Notes: generated from the sequence alone by a model not told the origin. A stretch of 32,000 nucleotides of DNA from Acaryochloris marina S15 (GCF_018336915.1 NZ_CP064923.1:5849946-5881945); one strand, 5' to 3'. Counted from the first letter of the stretch, positions 1 through 7,377 are shown. Numbers and translations: made by a program.

Positions 1-735
1 TTCATGTTTGCCAAATGTCAGCCGGATCAACAGGTAAACCATCAGCCGTTGATACCAGAGGGGGCTGGGGCTTGTGCTGTTCTTGCTGAGGTCAGCAACC
101 GGAATGCCTGCAAAGGTTTTGGGAATAAACCAAGGCGTATCCCGCATACTCAAAACACATTTAGCTCCCACACGAGCGGCTTCGGCAGCTAAATCACAGG
201 CTGAATTGCCAGAACCGATGACTAAAACGCGTTTGCCAATGAGCTGTTGAGGACGTTTGTAGTCTTTGGAGTGAATGATTTCTCCGTTAAAGCTTCCCTC
301 AAATTGAGGCATCCGCTTGCACCAGTGATGGCCATTGCAGAGTAGTACCCCTTGATACAGTCGCTGTTCTTGATTGGCGAAGCTGACTTCCCAGAGATTA
401 TCTTCGACGGGGCGGACAAATGTGATTTCGCGGTTCAGCTCAATGGCGTCTCGTAAGTCGAAATGATCGGTAAACGCGTTAATGTAATCCCGCATGTTTT
501 GGGCGCTGGGAAAATCAGGATACGTTTCCGGCATGGGGAAGTTTGTAAACTGAGTAATTCTGCGGGAAGAAATAATATGTGCGGTTTCGTAAACGCCATG
601 ATACCAATTTCCGCCAATATTATCGCTGGCATCCACCTGGTCGTAGGGAATCCCTGCCTCTTTGAGGGCTTGAGCCATTCCCAAGCCTGCGTAGCCAGCA
701 CCAATAATCAGATATTTCTCAGAGGTTTTTTGCAC
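1..735 (-). CDS. Class-B flavin-containing monooxygenase (FMO-like), partial; C-terminus lies beyond the left edge; absent from the ORF track
   Basis: Hand translation of the minus strand from GTG (735..733) stays open for 245 codons to position 1: VQKTSEKYLIIGAGYAGLGMAQALKEAGIPYDQVDASDNIGGNWYHG... It contains an FAD-binding GxGxxG (IIGAGYAG), the FMO-identifying motif FxGxxxHxxxY (FNGEIIHSKDY) and an NADPH-binding GxGxxA (VIGSGNSACD). The track ORFs in 4..753 are in other frames. Confidence 0.78.
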   Translation of the reverse strand, partial: MQKTSEKYLIIGAGYAGLGMAQALKEAGIPYDQVDASDNIGGNWYHGVYETAHIISSRRITQFTNFPMPETYPDFPSAQNMRDYINAFTDHFDLRDAIELNREITFVRPVEDNLWEVSFANQEQRLYQGVLLCNGHHWCKRMPQFEGSFNGEIIHSKDYKRPQQLIGKRVLVIGSGNSACDLAAEAARVGAKCVLSMRDTPWFIPKTFAGIPVADLSKNSTSPSPLWYQRLMVYLLIRLTFGKHE

Positions 736-759
736 GACTTGCCTAGTGAATGAACTGCG

Positions 760-1578
760 TTAAGACGGTTTTTGGTATTGCTGTTTGATTTGAGTCGTGG
801 TCCATTGGAGTAGGCCAGGAAAATACCGTTTGATTCGGGTCAGGACTCGGGAGGGCAGATCAGGAAAGACCTCTGGTTTGTTCTGCTGAATGCCCTGAAG
901 GGTGGCTTGCATGATTTTATGGGGATCCGTGGTCATCCAGTGAGGCAGATCCGCTTTCCCTTCAGCGAGGGATCCAAAGCTATCTGAGTTGAGAATCGGT
1001 GTCCGACTAAAAAAGGGATAGACAGTGGTGACCTGGACGTTGAAGTCCTTGACCTCGTTGCGAACGCCATCACTATACCCCCGTAACCCAAATTTACTGG
1101 CCGCGTAGCCGGTTAACCCGGTTGGGGCGATCCAGCCAGCAACCGATGAAATATTAACGATATGGCCCTGGCGACGGGTAATCATATCTGCCACAAACCG
1201 GTTACTCAAGCGCATGGGGGCAAGGAGATTGAGCTGCATCATTAACTCCCACCGTTCAGTGGGAGTTTCATCCATGCGCCCATAGAGGGCAATGCCAGCA
1301 TTGTTGATTAAAATGTCGACGGGATGATTGAGGGCTTGAACGTTCTGATAGAGAGACTCACACCCGTCCACGGTGCCCAAGTTGGTGACAAAGCTAGGCA
1401 GCAGTTCTCCTGGGTGGCTGTCTGGGTTGAGCTGCTCGGCCTGTTGTTCCAGCAAGGCGGCATTGATGTCCGTGCGGATCACTCGACTGCCTGCCTCCAA
1501 TAAAAGCTGAGTCAGCTCGTGGCCAAATCCTCCGGTTGCTCCGGTTAAGAGCACAACGGCATTATTTAACTCGGTCAT
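760..1578 (-). CDS. Short-chain dehydrogenase/reductase (SDR) family oxidoreductase
   Basis: TGxxxGxG cofactor motif (LLTGATGGFGHE), NNAG, and catalytic YxxxK (YAASK). The track start at 1605 is TTG; the first ATG is at 1578 (MTELNNAVVLLTGATGG), just before the Rossmann motif. The stop is 24 nt upstream of the FMO start, so the two are probably co-transcribed. Confidence 0.85.
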   Translation of the reverse strand: MTELNNAVVLLTGATGGFGHELTQLLLEAGSRVIRTDINAALLEQQAEQLNPDSHPGELLPSFVTNLGTVDGCESLYQNVQALNHPVDILINNAGIALYGRMDETPTERWELMMQLNLLAPMRLSNRFVADMITRRQGHIVNISSVAGWIAPTGLTGYAASKFGLRGYSDGVRNEVKDFNVQVTTVYPFFSRTPILNSDSFGSLAEGKADLPHWMTTDPHKIMQATLQGIQQNKPEVFPDLPSRVLTRIKRYFPGLLQWTTTQIKQQYQKPS

Positions 1579-1694
1579 GGATAGACCTTCAGTTACTGTG
1601 ATCAAATTGTAAAAGATGTGGGGATGTCAGGGATCTATTGCATATTCACTTTTATGATCGGGAAGCCTACCCCTAATCATCTCTGAGGCAATGA

Positions 1695-2531
1695 ATGGAC
1701 TTCCAAATCCGACCGGCTCAAAAAACAGATCTCTCTAATATTTGGGCTTGGGCTGCACAAGAGTCCTGGAATCCTGGCCGGTATGACTTGGAGGTGTATT
1801 GGCAACAAAATAGTTTGCTGGTGGGGTGGTTGGCGGATCAACCCGTTGGCTGTATTTCTGCGGCCTCGTATGATGCAGATTTTGGATTTTTAGGTTGTTA
1901 TTTGGTGGATCATCGTCATCGAGGCCATGGTTATGGTCGATTCCTGTGGGAAAAGGCGATTTCTTCACTTCCAGCCCGCTGTATTGGCTTAGAAGGGGCG
2001 GTGGCGCTGCAGGATACCTATCTCCGCCATGGGTTTATCAAATCCTGTTTGCATGTTCGCCATCAACTTCAGTCTGGCACGGGTGATCCGGTGTCAGCGT
2101 CGCTGCAGGCGATTCATTCCGTCCCGTTTGAGCAGGTGCTGGACTACGATACGCGTCATTTTGTGGGGATGCGATCGCATTTCCTGCATCATTGGCTAGC
2201 AAGCCCTGAAATGCAGGGCTGGGCAGTTGTTCAGGAAGATCAACTCCTGGGATATGGTCTGATTCGACCTGCCGATCTGGGGTATCGCATCGGACCGCTG
2301 TTTGCCGATACGGCTGATATCGCTCAGCAGCTCTTGGCCGCTCTATTGCGGGTACCGCCTGCCGACCAGCCCGTTTATATGGATGTGCCCCATAGTAATG
2401 AACAGGCGAATCAGTTGATGAAGCAATTTCAGGCTATTCCCCTGTTTAGTAATTGCCGCATGTATAAAGGGGTATTTCCTGAGCTGCCGTTAAATGAAAT
2501 TTATGGGGTGACCACCCTGGAAATGGGATAG
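1695..2531 (+). CDS. GNAT family N-acetyltransferase (two-domain, ~278 aa)
   Basis: ATG start. Acetyl-CoA-binding R/QxxGxG/A-type motif (HRHRGHGYGRFLWEKA). The length and C-terminal extension fit GNATs that carry a YitH-like second domain (from memory, unverified). Confidence 0.75.
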   Translation: MDFQIRPAQKTDLSNIWAWAAQESWNPGRYDLEVYWQQNSLLVGWLADQPVGCISAASYDADFGFLGCYLVDHRHRGHGYGRFLWEKAISSLPARCIGLEGAVALQDTYLRHGFIKSCLHVRHQLQSGTGDPVSASLQAIHSVPFEQVLDYDTRHFVGMRSHFLHHWLASPEMQGWAVVQEDQLLGYGLIRPADLGYRIGPLFADTADIAQQLLAALLRVPPADQPVYMDVPHSNEQANQLMKQFQAIPLFSNCRMYKGVFPELPLNEIYGVTTLEMG

Positions 2532-2533
2532 CT

Positions 2534-3811
2534 CTATAACTGCGTTCGCAGGATGGTGCCTGAGAGGGGATGGGCTGTGGGGGTATAGGACTTAAGGCCA
2601 TACTCAGCGCCGTAATCGGTGCCTAAGCCGAAATACCACTGTTCTTGGTATTGGGTGAGGGATCGCGCAAACGTATCGGATTCAAACCGGAGAATTTCAC
2701 ACCAGTGCCGTGGGTTCGTCGCTTGTCTAACGCGATTAATAAACCGGAGTTTGCCAGCGATCCACTGGCGCTCACTGGTCAGGATAAACAGACCTTTGGG
2801 GGTAGTCAACACATCCCAAGGAACTTCCTGGGGCTTGAGCTGGATGCGCTGCACCTGGGTGTTGTTGGGGGCTAAGGAGTTGGCGACAAATAATCCAGGG
2901 GGTTGGATATGGGGATCTTCACTGTTGAGAACTTTGGCTCCTTGAGCGGTGTGAGAGATATAGCGTGATCCTTGACTCACATAGGCCAGCTGGGATTGGA
3001 AAACCGCCGTTTTTTTCATCTGGGTGGCTTGAGGGTGATTGGGGAATAGGGTGGTTCGATCTAAATCTTGCCGCTGAATCGGTTGGAGGGTTTTCCCAAG
3101 CTGCCAAGGACGCCCGCCTGCAAAGATATAGAGGGAGTCTTCAAACCGTGTCAGATGGGCAGGACTCGTGTTTAGGGTTTGGATATCCTGCCAGGTTTGT
3201 CCTTTATCCCCAGAGGCCATTAAATAGCCCTGGTTATCGGGTCTGCGAATCACCGACCATAATTGACCTGCGAATCCTTCAATGGACCAGACATGCACTC
3301 CTCCTGGCAAAGTGCGAATTTTTTGCCAATCCTGCTGTAGACGGTAGATATTGCCCAAATCCCAGCTTTCTCGGGCATCAATCCCAGGTGTATACAAAGC
3401 CGAGTCAATGGTGTGAAAGCTGCGAATCTCTTCTTCTGGGGCGACGAAGTTGAACTGAAACTGTTTGGAGCTGGAGTCGAAAAACCATAAGGGAATCGGT
3501 CCTTGATTGGCATTGCTATCACCATGGCCAAGATAGATCTGGTTCTCAAACGGCACCATCACCCACACATTGCGGGCATAGGGTTGAGCCTTGGCATACT
3601 GGCCTGTGGTAAAAGGCGAGCCCAAATTTTCTAGGCGCTGGGTGACATCAGTGGCCGGGATCTGAGCACAGACTTGGGCGGCCGAAGAAGACCCTAAAGG
3701 CCACTGCAAAAATTGGGAGGCGATCACGCCTGTACCGGCTATGACGCTGACGAGGATAAGTGCTAAGCGCCCATAGTGAGGTTGTTTAGGGAAGGAGGAT
3801 CGGGTGTTCAC
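2534..3811 (-). CDS. Hypothetical membrane-anchored or secreted protein, possibly beta-propeller-like
   Basis: Uninterrupted 425-codon ORF with a GTG start. N-terminal hydrophobic anchor (RLALILVSVIAGTGVIA). One BNR/Asp-box-like motif (SGDKGQTW). I recognise no family. Confidence 0.55.
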   Translation of the reverse strand: MNTRSSFPKQPHYGRLALILVSVIAGTGVIASQFLQWPLGSSSAAQVCAQIPATDVTQRLENLGSPFTTGQYAKAQPYARNVWVMVPFENQIYLGHGDSNANQGPIPLWFFDSSSKQFQFNFVAPEEEIRSFHTIDSALYTPGIDARESWDLGNIYRLQQDWQKIRTLPGGVHVWSIEGFAGQLWSVIRRPDNQGYLMASGDKGQTWQDIQTLNTSPAHLTRFEDSLYIFAGGRPWQLGKTLQPIQRQDLDRTTLFPNHPQATQMKKTAVFQSQLAYVSQGSRYISHTAQGAKVLNSEDPHIQPPGLFVANSLAPNNTQVQRIQLKPQEVPWDVLTTPKGLFILTSERQWIAGKLRFINRVRQATNPRHWCEILRFESDTFARSLTQYQEQWYFGLGTDYGAEYGLKSYTPTAHPLSGTILRTQL

Positions 3812-3946
3812 AAGCGGGAAGTAAGACGTTTTCGAGCAAGAAAGTTGGGGCAGGTCTTAGTCCCCAGAATATAGCGGATGCATGAGCTGGCTCAACCGGA
3901 CAATGGCCCGTGACCTTCACGGGCGATCAGAGTATCGCAATGTTTC

Positions 3947-3985
3947 TTTACAAACCCATTTACTTGTGTTACATTTATTTACATA
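3947..3985 (+). promoter_or_regulatory. HLR1-type (RpaB-binding) direct-repeat array overlapping the hli-1 core promoter
   Basis: Four half-sites: TTTACAAA(3947-3954)-4-TTTACTTG(3959-3966)-1-GTTACATT(3968-3975)-2-TTTACATA(3978-3985). The last two form a canonical HLR1, (G/T)TTACA(T/A)(T/A)N2(G/T)TTACA(T/A)(T/A). TTTACA-N17-TACATT reads as -35/-10. The ATG lies 23 nt downstream. Confidence 0.7.
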
Positions 3986-4007
3986 GTCAATTACGGAACT
4001 AACACAC

Positions 4008-4220
4008 ATGACATCTAGCGGATATACCTCTGACGATCGCGGTCGCATCAACCGTTTTGCAGTAGAGCCTAAAACTACAGCTAAAGCAGAGCCAGTATTT
4101 GGTTTCAATAAAGATGCTGAAAGATATAGTGGCCGTCTAGCCATGATCGGCTTCTTCGGAATTTTGTTGATTGAACTCGCCACTAATCTCACCTTTGTAC
4201 AGATTGTGACCGGCGCATAG
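4008..4220 (+). CDS. hli: High-light-inducible protein (HLIP/Scp, one-helix CAB-like), 70 aa
   Basis: Chlorophyll-binding helix motif ExxxGRLAMxGF (FGFNKDAERYSGRLAMIGFFGILLIELATN). The size and N-terminal extension resemble the HliA/B class. HLR1 lies upstream. GGAA at -13 as a weak SD. Confidence 0.9.
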   Translation: MTSSGYTSDDRGRINRFAVEPKTTAKAEPVFGFNKDAERYSGRLAMIGFFGILLIELATNLTFVQIVTGA

Positions 4221-4240
4221 TTGCCAACAACAGTATTAAT

Positions 4241-4269
4241 AAAAAGCTGAGGCAGTACCTCAGCTTTTT
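4241..4269. terminator. Bidirectional rho-independent terminator between the convergent hli-1 and response regulator genes
   Basis: AAAAAGCTGAGG-cagta-CCTCAGCTTTTT. The stem is perfect, with an A-tract on one side and a T-tract on the other. It lies between the stops at 4220 (+) and 4299 (-). Confidence 0.75.
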
Positions 4270-4298
4270 GCTTTTAAAACGTCGGTCTATATCTTGCC

Positions 4299-5012
4299 TT
4301 ATTCACCCCGTTGGATGGCATAGCCTACGCCCCGTACTGAAAGAATCAAGTCGGGTTCTTCAGTATCCTCTTTGAGCTTGTTTCGTAGGCGAGACATATG
4401 AACATCGACGACACGGGTATCAATTTTGCCGTCGGGACTATAGCCCCAAACCTTTTGTAAAAATTCAACTCTAGAGATGGGTTCTCCAGGGCGGCTAACC
4501 AGCAGCTCTAGTAAATTAAATTCGAGATGAGTGAGCTGAATTCGTTCTTGATCCTTGTAGACTTGCCGTTTATTGGTATCAATCTCGAGATGGCCCACTT
4601 GAATGACACCGGCTGATGTTTGGTGGGAAGCGTGGGATTTGGTGATTCGCCGCAGAATACAGCGAATGCGCGACTCTAGCTCTTTGGGTGAAAAAGGCTT
4701 GACCATATAGTCATCCGCCCCCATTTCCAGGCCCGTAATCCGATCGGCCACGTCTGAGAGGGCAGTCAACATAATAATGGGGACATCTGATTCTTGCCGA
4801 AGAGATTGACAGACCTGATACCCATTTAGTTTGGGCATCATCACGTCCAAAATAATCAAATCGGGTTCTTGATGCTGAAAAACTTGCAGGGCCTCCTCGC
4901 CATCAGCGGCAGTGATGACGACAAACCCCATCATGGAGAGACGGGTTTCTAGGATCCGACGAATGCTAGCTTCATCATCAGCGACTAGGATTGTTTGCTG
5001 CTGATCTTTCAA
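4299..5012 (-). CDS. OmpR-family response regulator, RpaB/Ycf27-type (receiver plus winged-helix DNA-binding domain)
   Basis: ILVADDEASIRRILETRLSMMGFVVITAADGEEAL...DLIILDVMMPKLNGY...PIIMLTAL.DVADRITGLEMGADDYMVKPFSPKELE is nearly colinear with remembered RpaB sequences (Synechocystis and S. elongatus). The C-terminus, LLELLVSRPGEPISR...VWGY...DTRVVDVHMSRLRNKL, is OmpR/PhoB-type. The start is TTG (5012..5010), because an in-frame TAA lies two codons upstream and there is no ATG before the receiver domain. Confidence 0.9.
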   Translation of the reverse strand: MKDQQQTILVADDEASIRRILETRLSMMGFVVITAADGEEALQVFQHQEPDLIILDVMMPKLNGYQVCQSLRQESDVPIIMLTALSDVADRITGLEMGADDYMVKPFSPKELESRIRCILRRITKSHASHQTSAGVIQVGHLEIDTNKRQVYKDQERIQLTHLEFNLLELLVSRPGEPISRVEFLQKVWGYSPDGKIDTRVVDVHMSRLRNKLKEDTEEPDLILSVRGVGYAIQRGE

Positions 5013-5370
5013 ACTGCTTTAGTATTCCAGAGACAGACAACGTTTAAGAGATGAGTACTCTTTGAACCTTAAATAACAAGCCCAAAAAAAAGTATGAATA
5101 TGAAGTTTTTTTACATATTCTCAGAGGCTTCTAGAACTTGAGTTTAGCAGTTGGTAGTCGGTTCATTCGCATTGTTGTGCCAAAGTTTGAGCTTTCGGGG
5201 CAAGAGACCCCACTTGAGGCAGACGATGATCCCCTTTCCTTTGGCATGGGATGGGTGCTGTCCACTCAATGATTACAGTGGGTTGGACAAATATCGGTCT
5301 GGATATCGACACGGTTAAGTCCTACAAAACCTTAGGTACTCCATGGTTTGAACAACAAATTATTAATTGC

Positions 5371-5409
5371 TTGACATGTTGTTACATTTGCGTTACATTT
5401 ATTTACATA
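5371..5409 (+). promoter_or_regulatory. Tandem HLR1 units overlapping the hli-2 core promoter
   Basis: TTGACATG(5371-5378)-2-GTTACATT(5381-5388)-3-GTTACATT(5392-5399)-2-TTTACATA(5402-5409). TTGACA(5371-5376)-N17-TACATT(5394-5399) reads as -35/-10, so both promoter hexamers sit inside HLR1 half-sites. Confidence 0.75.
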
Positions 5410-5447
5410 AAGCAACAACACACATGAATTAATCGGAGTCTAATCCC

Positions 5448-5591
5448 ATGAACACCTCTAACAACTTTTTTGGATTCAACCCCTTTGCTGAGGCTTGGAG
5501 CGGTCGTCTGGCTATGGTGGGTTTCTATGCTGCCATCGTCATTGAATTAGTGACTGGCAAAGGGGTATTGCATTTCTGGGGCTTGATGTAA
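5448..5591 (+). CDS. hli: High-light-inducible protein (HLIP), 47 aa; absent from the ORF track (below its size cut-off)
   Basis: Hand translation: [47 protein letters not shown]. It carries the full FGFN...AExxxGRLAMxGF HLIP signature. GGAG lies 10 nt upstream of the ATG (cggagtctaatcccATG), the same leader as hli-3. An HLR1 promoter lies 38 nt upstream. Confidence 0.88.
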   Translation: MNTSNNFFGFNPFAEAWSGRLAMVGFYAAIVIELVTGKGVLHFWGLM

Positions 5592-5651
5592 GCGCTCCTA
5601 ATGGTTGATGGGATGGGCTAATCATCCCAAGCTCACCCTGAAAGAGATGAA

Positions 5652-5756
5652 ATGGCTAAAAATATTCAACCCTCATTCCCAGGCTTCAATTCATTGATAG
5701 AGATCTAGAATAGCCATCTAGCAATGCTCGTGAAGACTGAAGCTTGGGACATCTGA
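5652..5756 (+). pseudogene. Decayed hli copy (HLIP relic with an in-frame TAG and a truncated helix)
   Basis: The frame reads MAKNIQPSFPGFNSLIEI*NSHLAMLVKTEAWDI*. It aligns position-for-position with hli-2 ([19 protein letters not shown] against PGFNSLIEI*NSHLAMLVK) and keeps GFN, the Glu, the Asn and LAM. The TAG (5706-5708) sits where hli-2 has TGG (Trp). The rest of the transmembrane helix is lost. Confidence 0.4.
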
Positions 5757-5892
5757 CGGGTTCAGCATCGAAAAGCTTAATACTCCTCTGGGGGTGGCCA
5801 GTTAAACGAACTGCAAAAAAGTCTTTAGTCCTCGCCAGATACGGGCTTGCCGTTTACCCAGTCAAAAATCCTACTAAATCATTATCAAATTG

Positions 5893-5922
5893 ACCTCAGC
5901 TGCATGGCTGAGGTTTTCTTTT
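5893..5922 (+). terminator. Rho-independent terminator ending the hli-2 transcription unit
   Basis: ACCTCAGC-tgcatg-GCTGAGGT followed by TTTTCTTTT. The hairpin directly after hli-2 (TGGGATG-N7-CATCCCA, 5609-5629) has no T-tract, so read-through to this site is plausible. Confidence 0.6.
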
Positions 5923-5926
5923 GGCG

Positions 5927-5949
5927 GTTATGTAACAAATAGTTAGCTG
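5927..5949 (+). promoter_or_regulatory. Degenerate HLR1-like element (GGTTATGTAACAAATAGTTAGCTG) just after a terminator
   Basis: GTAACAAA-ta-GTTAGCTG keeps the 8-2-8 layout but has several mismatches. Its first 14 nt, GGTTATGTAACA(A/G)A, are shared with the element at 7384-7407, which also follows a terminator. Confidence 0.25.
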
Positions 5950-6019
5950 AATATGAGAAGTCGAAACCCTTATAAAACAGGCTTTTGAGACATATATAAG
6001 GTGCTATCCTTTCATATTC

Positions 6020-6059
6020 TTGACAAAACGTTACACAGCAAGTTACATTTATTTACATA
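6020..6059 (+). promoter_or_regulatory. Tandem HLR1 units overlapping the hli-3 core promoter
   Basis: TTGACAAA(6020-6027)-2-GTTACACA(6030-6037)-4-GTTACATT(6042-6049)-2-TTTACATA(6052-6059). TTGACA-N18-TACATT reads as -35/-10. The TTG 'start' of track ORF 6020..6244 is the first base of this -35 hexamer. Confidence 0.75.
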
Positions 6060-6091
6060 AGATTCATTCCTCGTTTACGGAGTCCAACGCT

Positions 6092-6244
6092 ATGAGTACA
6101 CAAAATCCAATCTGGGGTTTCACCGATTTTGCAGAAACCTTTGGTGGTCGCTTGGCAATGATGGGATTCTTTCTCGCCCTTGTGACTGAAGTTTTGACTG
6201 GTCAAGGCATTGTCGGTCAGATTGCTACATTACTAAACTTCTAA
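6092..6244 (+). CDS. hli: High-light-inducible protein (HLIP), 50 aa
   Basis: MSTQNPIWGFTDFAETFGGRLAMMGFFLALVTEVLTGQGIVGQIATLLNF. ATG at 6092, preceded by GGAG (cggagtccaacgctATG). The HLIP helix motif is present. The upstream 24 codons of the track ORF overlap the promoter and are not coding. Confidence 0.9.
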   Translation: MSTQNPIWGFTDFAETFGGRLAMMGFFLALVTEVLTGQGIVGQIATLLNF

Positions 6245-6293
6245 ACTGGCGTTTCGGGTTTAGAACGACTCTATTTCATCTTTAATATTTTTT

Positions 6294-6320
6294 CCCCGGC
6301 CTAGGCCGGGGAGCTTTATT
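6294..6320 (+). terminator. GC-rich hairpin (hli-3 terminator or attenuator) in the hli-3/sigma junction
   Basis: Perfect 18-nt palindrome CCCCGGCCTAGGCCGGGG (6294-6311). It is preceded by ATATTTTTT and followed by AGCTTTATT, a short and imperfect U-tract. Confidence 0.55.
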
Positions 6321-6355
6321 CCTCAGTTATCTGTGTTTACCCAAACATCGCCATT

Positions 6356-7312
6356 ATGAAAAATTCATTTGTTAGTAAAGATTCAATCACTACCTATCTG
6401 CGTGAGATTAGCCGCTTTCCTCTGTTGAATCACGAACAAGAAGTCATCTTTGGCAAGCAGGTACAGCGGTTAACAACTTTGCAGGAGTTGAAGCAAGAAT
6501 TACAGGACCACCTCGATCGAGAGCCGACCCAGAAAGAATGGGCCAAGAAGGCTCAGGTGTCTGTCGCACAACTGCAGAAGGAACTGAAAGTCGGAAACAA
6601 AGCCAATCGCAAAATGGTGGAATCCAATTTGCGTCTGGTCGTCTCCATTGCCAAGAAGTACAACAAAGCCAAAGTTGAATTTTTAGATTTGATTCAAGAA
6701 GGCACGATTGGCCTGCAGCGGGGTGTCGAGAAATTTGACCCTATGAAAGGCTATCGCTTCTCTACCTATGCGTACTGGTGGATTCGCCAAGCCATGACCC
6801 GTGCGATCGCAGAACAAGAACGAACGATTCGCCTCCCCATCCATATCAATGAAAAGCTTAGTAAGATGCGCAAAGTGAAGCGCCAACTGTCTCAGACCCT
6901 GCACCGCGACCCTACCGTGGCGGAGCTGGCAGCAGAGATGGAGCTTACCCCTAAAAAAATTGAAGATTATCTCAACTATGCTCGTCGCTCCATTTCTTTG
7001 GATATGCAGATTGGTGACCAGAAAAATACGGAACTGTGGGAGTTACTAGAAGACCCCAACGAATCCCCTGATACCTATGCCACGGCATCTTCTTTACGGT
7101 CCGATTTGGCAAAACTACTCCAGGATCTCAGCCCTCAGCAGCGAGAAGTGATTACGTTGCGATACGGCCTGATTGACCAGAACCCCTTGACCTTAGCGAA
7201 GGTGGGAGAGCGTCTAAACGTCAGCCGGGAATGGGTCCGCCGAGTGGAGCGAGAAGCCTTTAAGGTTTTGCGATCGCAAAAAGTGATGCTGCAAGAATAT
7301 ATGGCTTGCTAA
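6356..7312 (+). CDS. RNA polymerase sigma factor, group 2 (RpoD/SigA family, SigB/SigD-like, 318 aa)
   Basis: Regions 1.2-4.2 are recognisable: [66 protein letters not shown], and a C-terminal 4.2 helix-turn-helix ([24 protein letters not shown]). It has no long region 1.1, consistent with group 2. Confidence 0.92.
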   Translation: MKNSFVSKDSITTYLREISRFPLLNHEQEVIFGKQVQRLTTLQELKQELQDHLDREPTQKEWAKKAQVSVAQLQKELKVGNKANRKMVESNLRLVVSIAKKYNKAKVEFLDLIQEGTIGLQRGVEKFDPMKGYRFSTYAYWWIRQAMTRAIAEQERTIRLPIHINEKLSKMRKVKRQLSQTLHRDPTVAELAAEMELTPKKIEDYLNYARRSISLDMQIGDQKNTELWELLEDPNESPDTYATASSLRSDLAKLLQDLSPQQREVITLRYGLIDQNPLTLAKVGERLNVSREWVRRVEREAFKVLRSQKVMLQEYMAC

Positions 7313-7342
7313 ACCCCTTGTTCCAGTCTCAATCTGTGCATC

Positions 7343-7377
7343 AGCTACTCTTCGGTCTAAAAGAGTAGCTTTTTTTT
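7343..7377 (+). terminator. Rho-independent terminator of the sigma factor gene
   Basis: AGCTACTCTT-cggtctaa-AAGAGTAGCT (perfect 10-bp stem) followed by T7 (7371-7377). Confidence 0.85.

Noticed and set aside
4-753. Track ORFs 4..192(+), 222..419(-), 435..704(-) and 463..753(+)
   Set aside because: All are out of frame with, or antisense to, the 245-codon open minus-strand frame that carries the FAD, FMO and NADPH motifs. Their sequences have no recognisable motifs.
3906-3924. Perfect 8-bp hairpin GCCCGTGA-cct-TCACGGGC between the hypothetical gene and hli-1
   Set aside because: It has no U-tract on either strand and lies upstream of the starts of both divergent genes, so it is not a terminator. 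I could not support any function.
3917-4192. 91-aa minus-strand ORF overlapping hli-1
   Set aside because: It is antisense to a strongly supported HLIP gene and runs through its HLR1 promoter. It has no motif or SD.
5107-5121. Single TTTACATA half-site upstream of the response regulator gene, considered as autoregulation
   Set aside because: Only one half-site is present, and there is no second repeat at the 10-bp register in either orientation. That is too weak to call an HLR1.
3968-6059. Three identical 18-mers considered as a possible CRISPR-like or mobile-element repeat
   Set aside because: The spacing is 1.4 kb and 0.65 kb. Each copy sits at a fixed distance upstream of an hli gene and matches the HLR1 consensus. 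No cas genes or transposase are present, so these are regulatory paralogs rather than a repeat array.
6020-6091. N-terminal 24-codon extension of the hli-3 ORF (TTG start at 6020)
   Set aside because: The TTG is the first base of the TTGACA -35 hexamer and the extension covers the HLR1 repeats. The ATG at 6092 has a GGAG SD and gives a canonical 50-aa HLIP.
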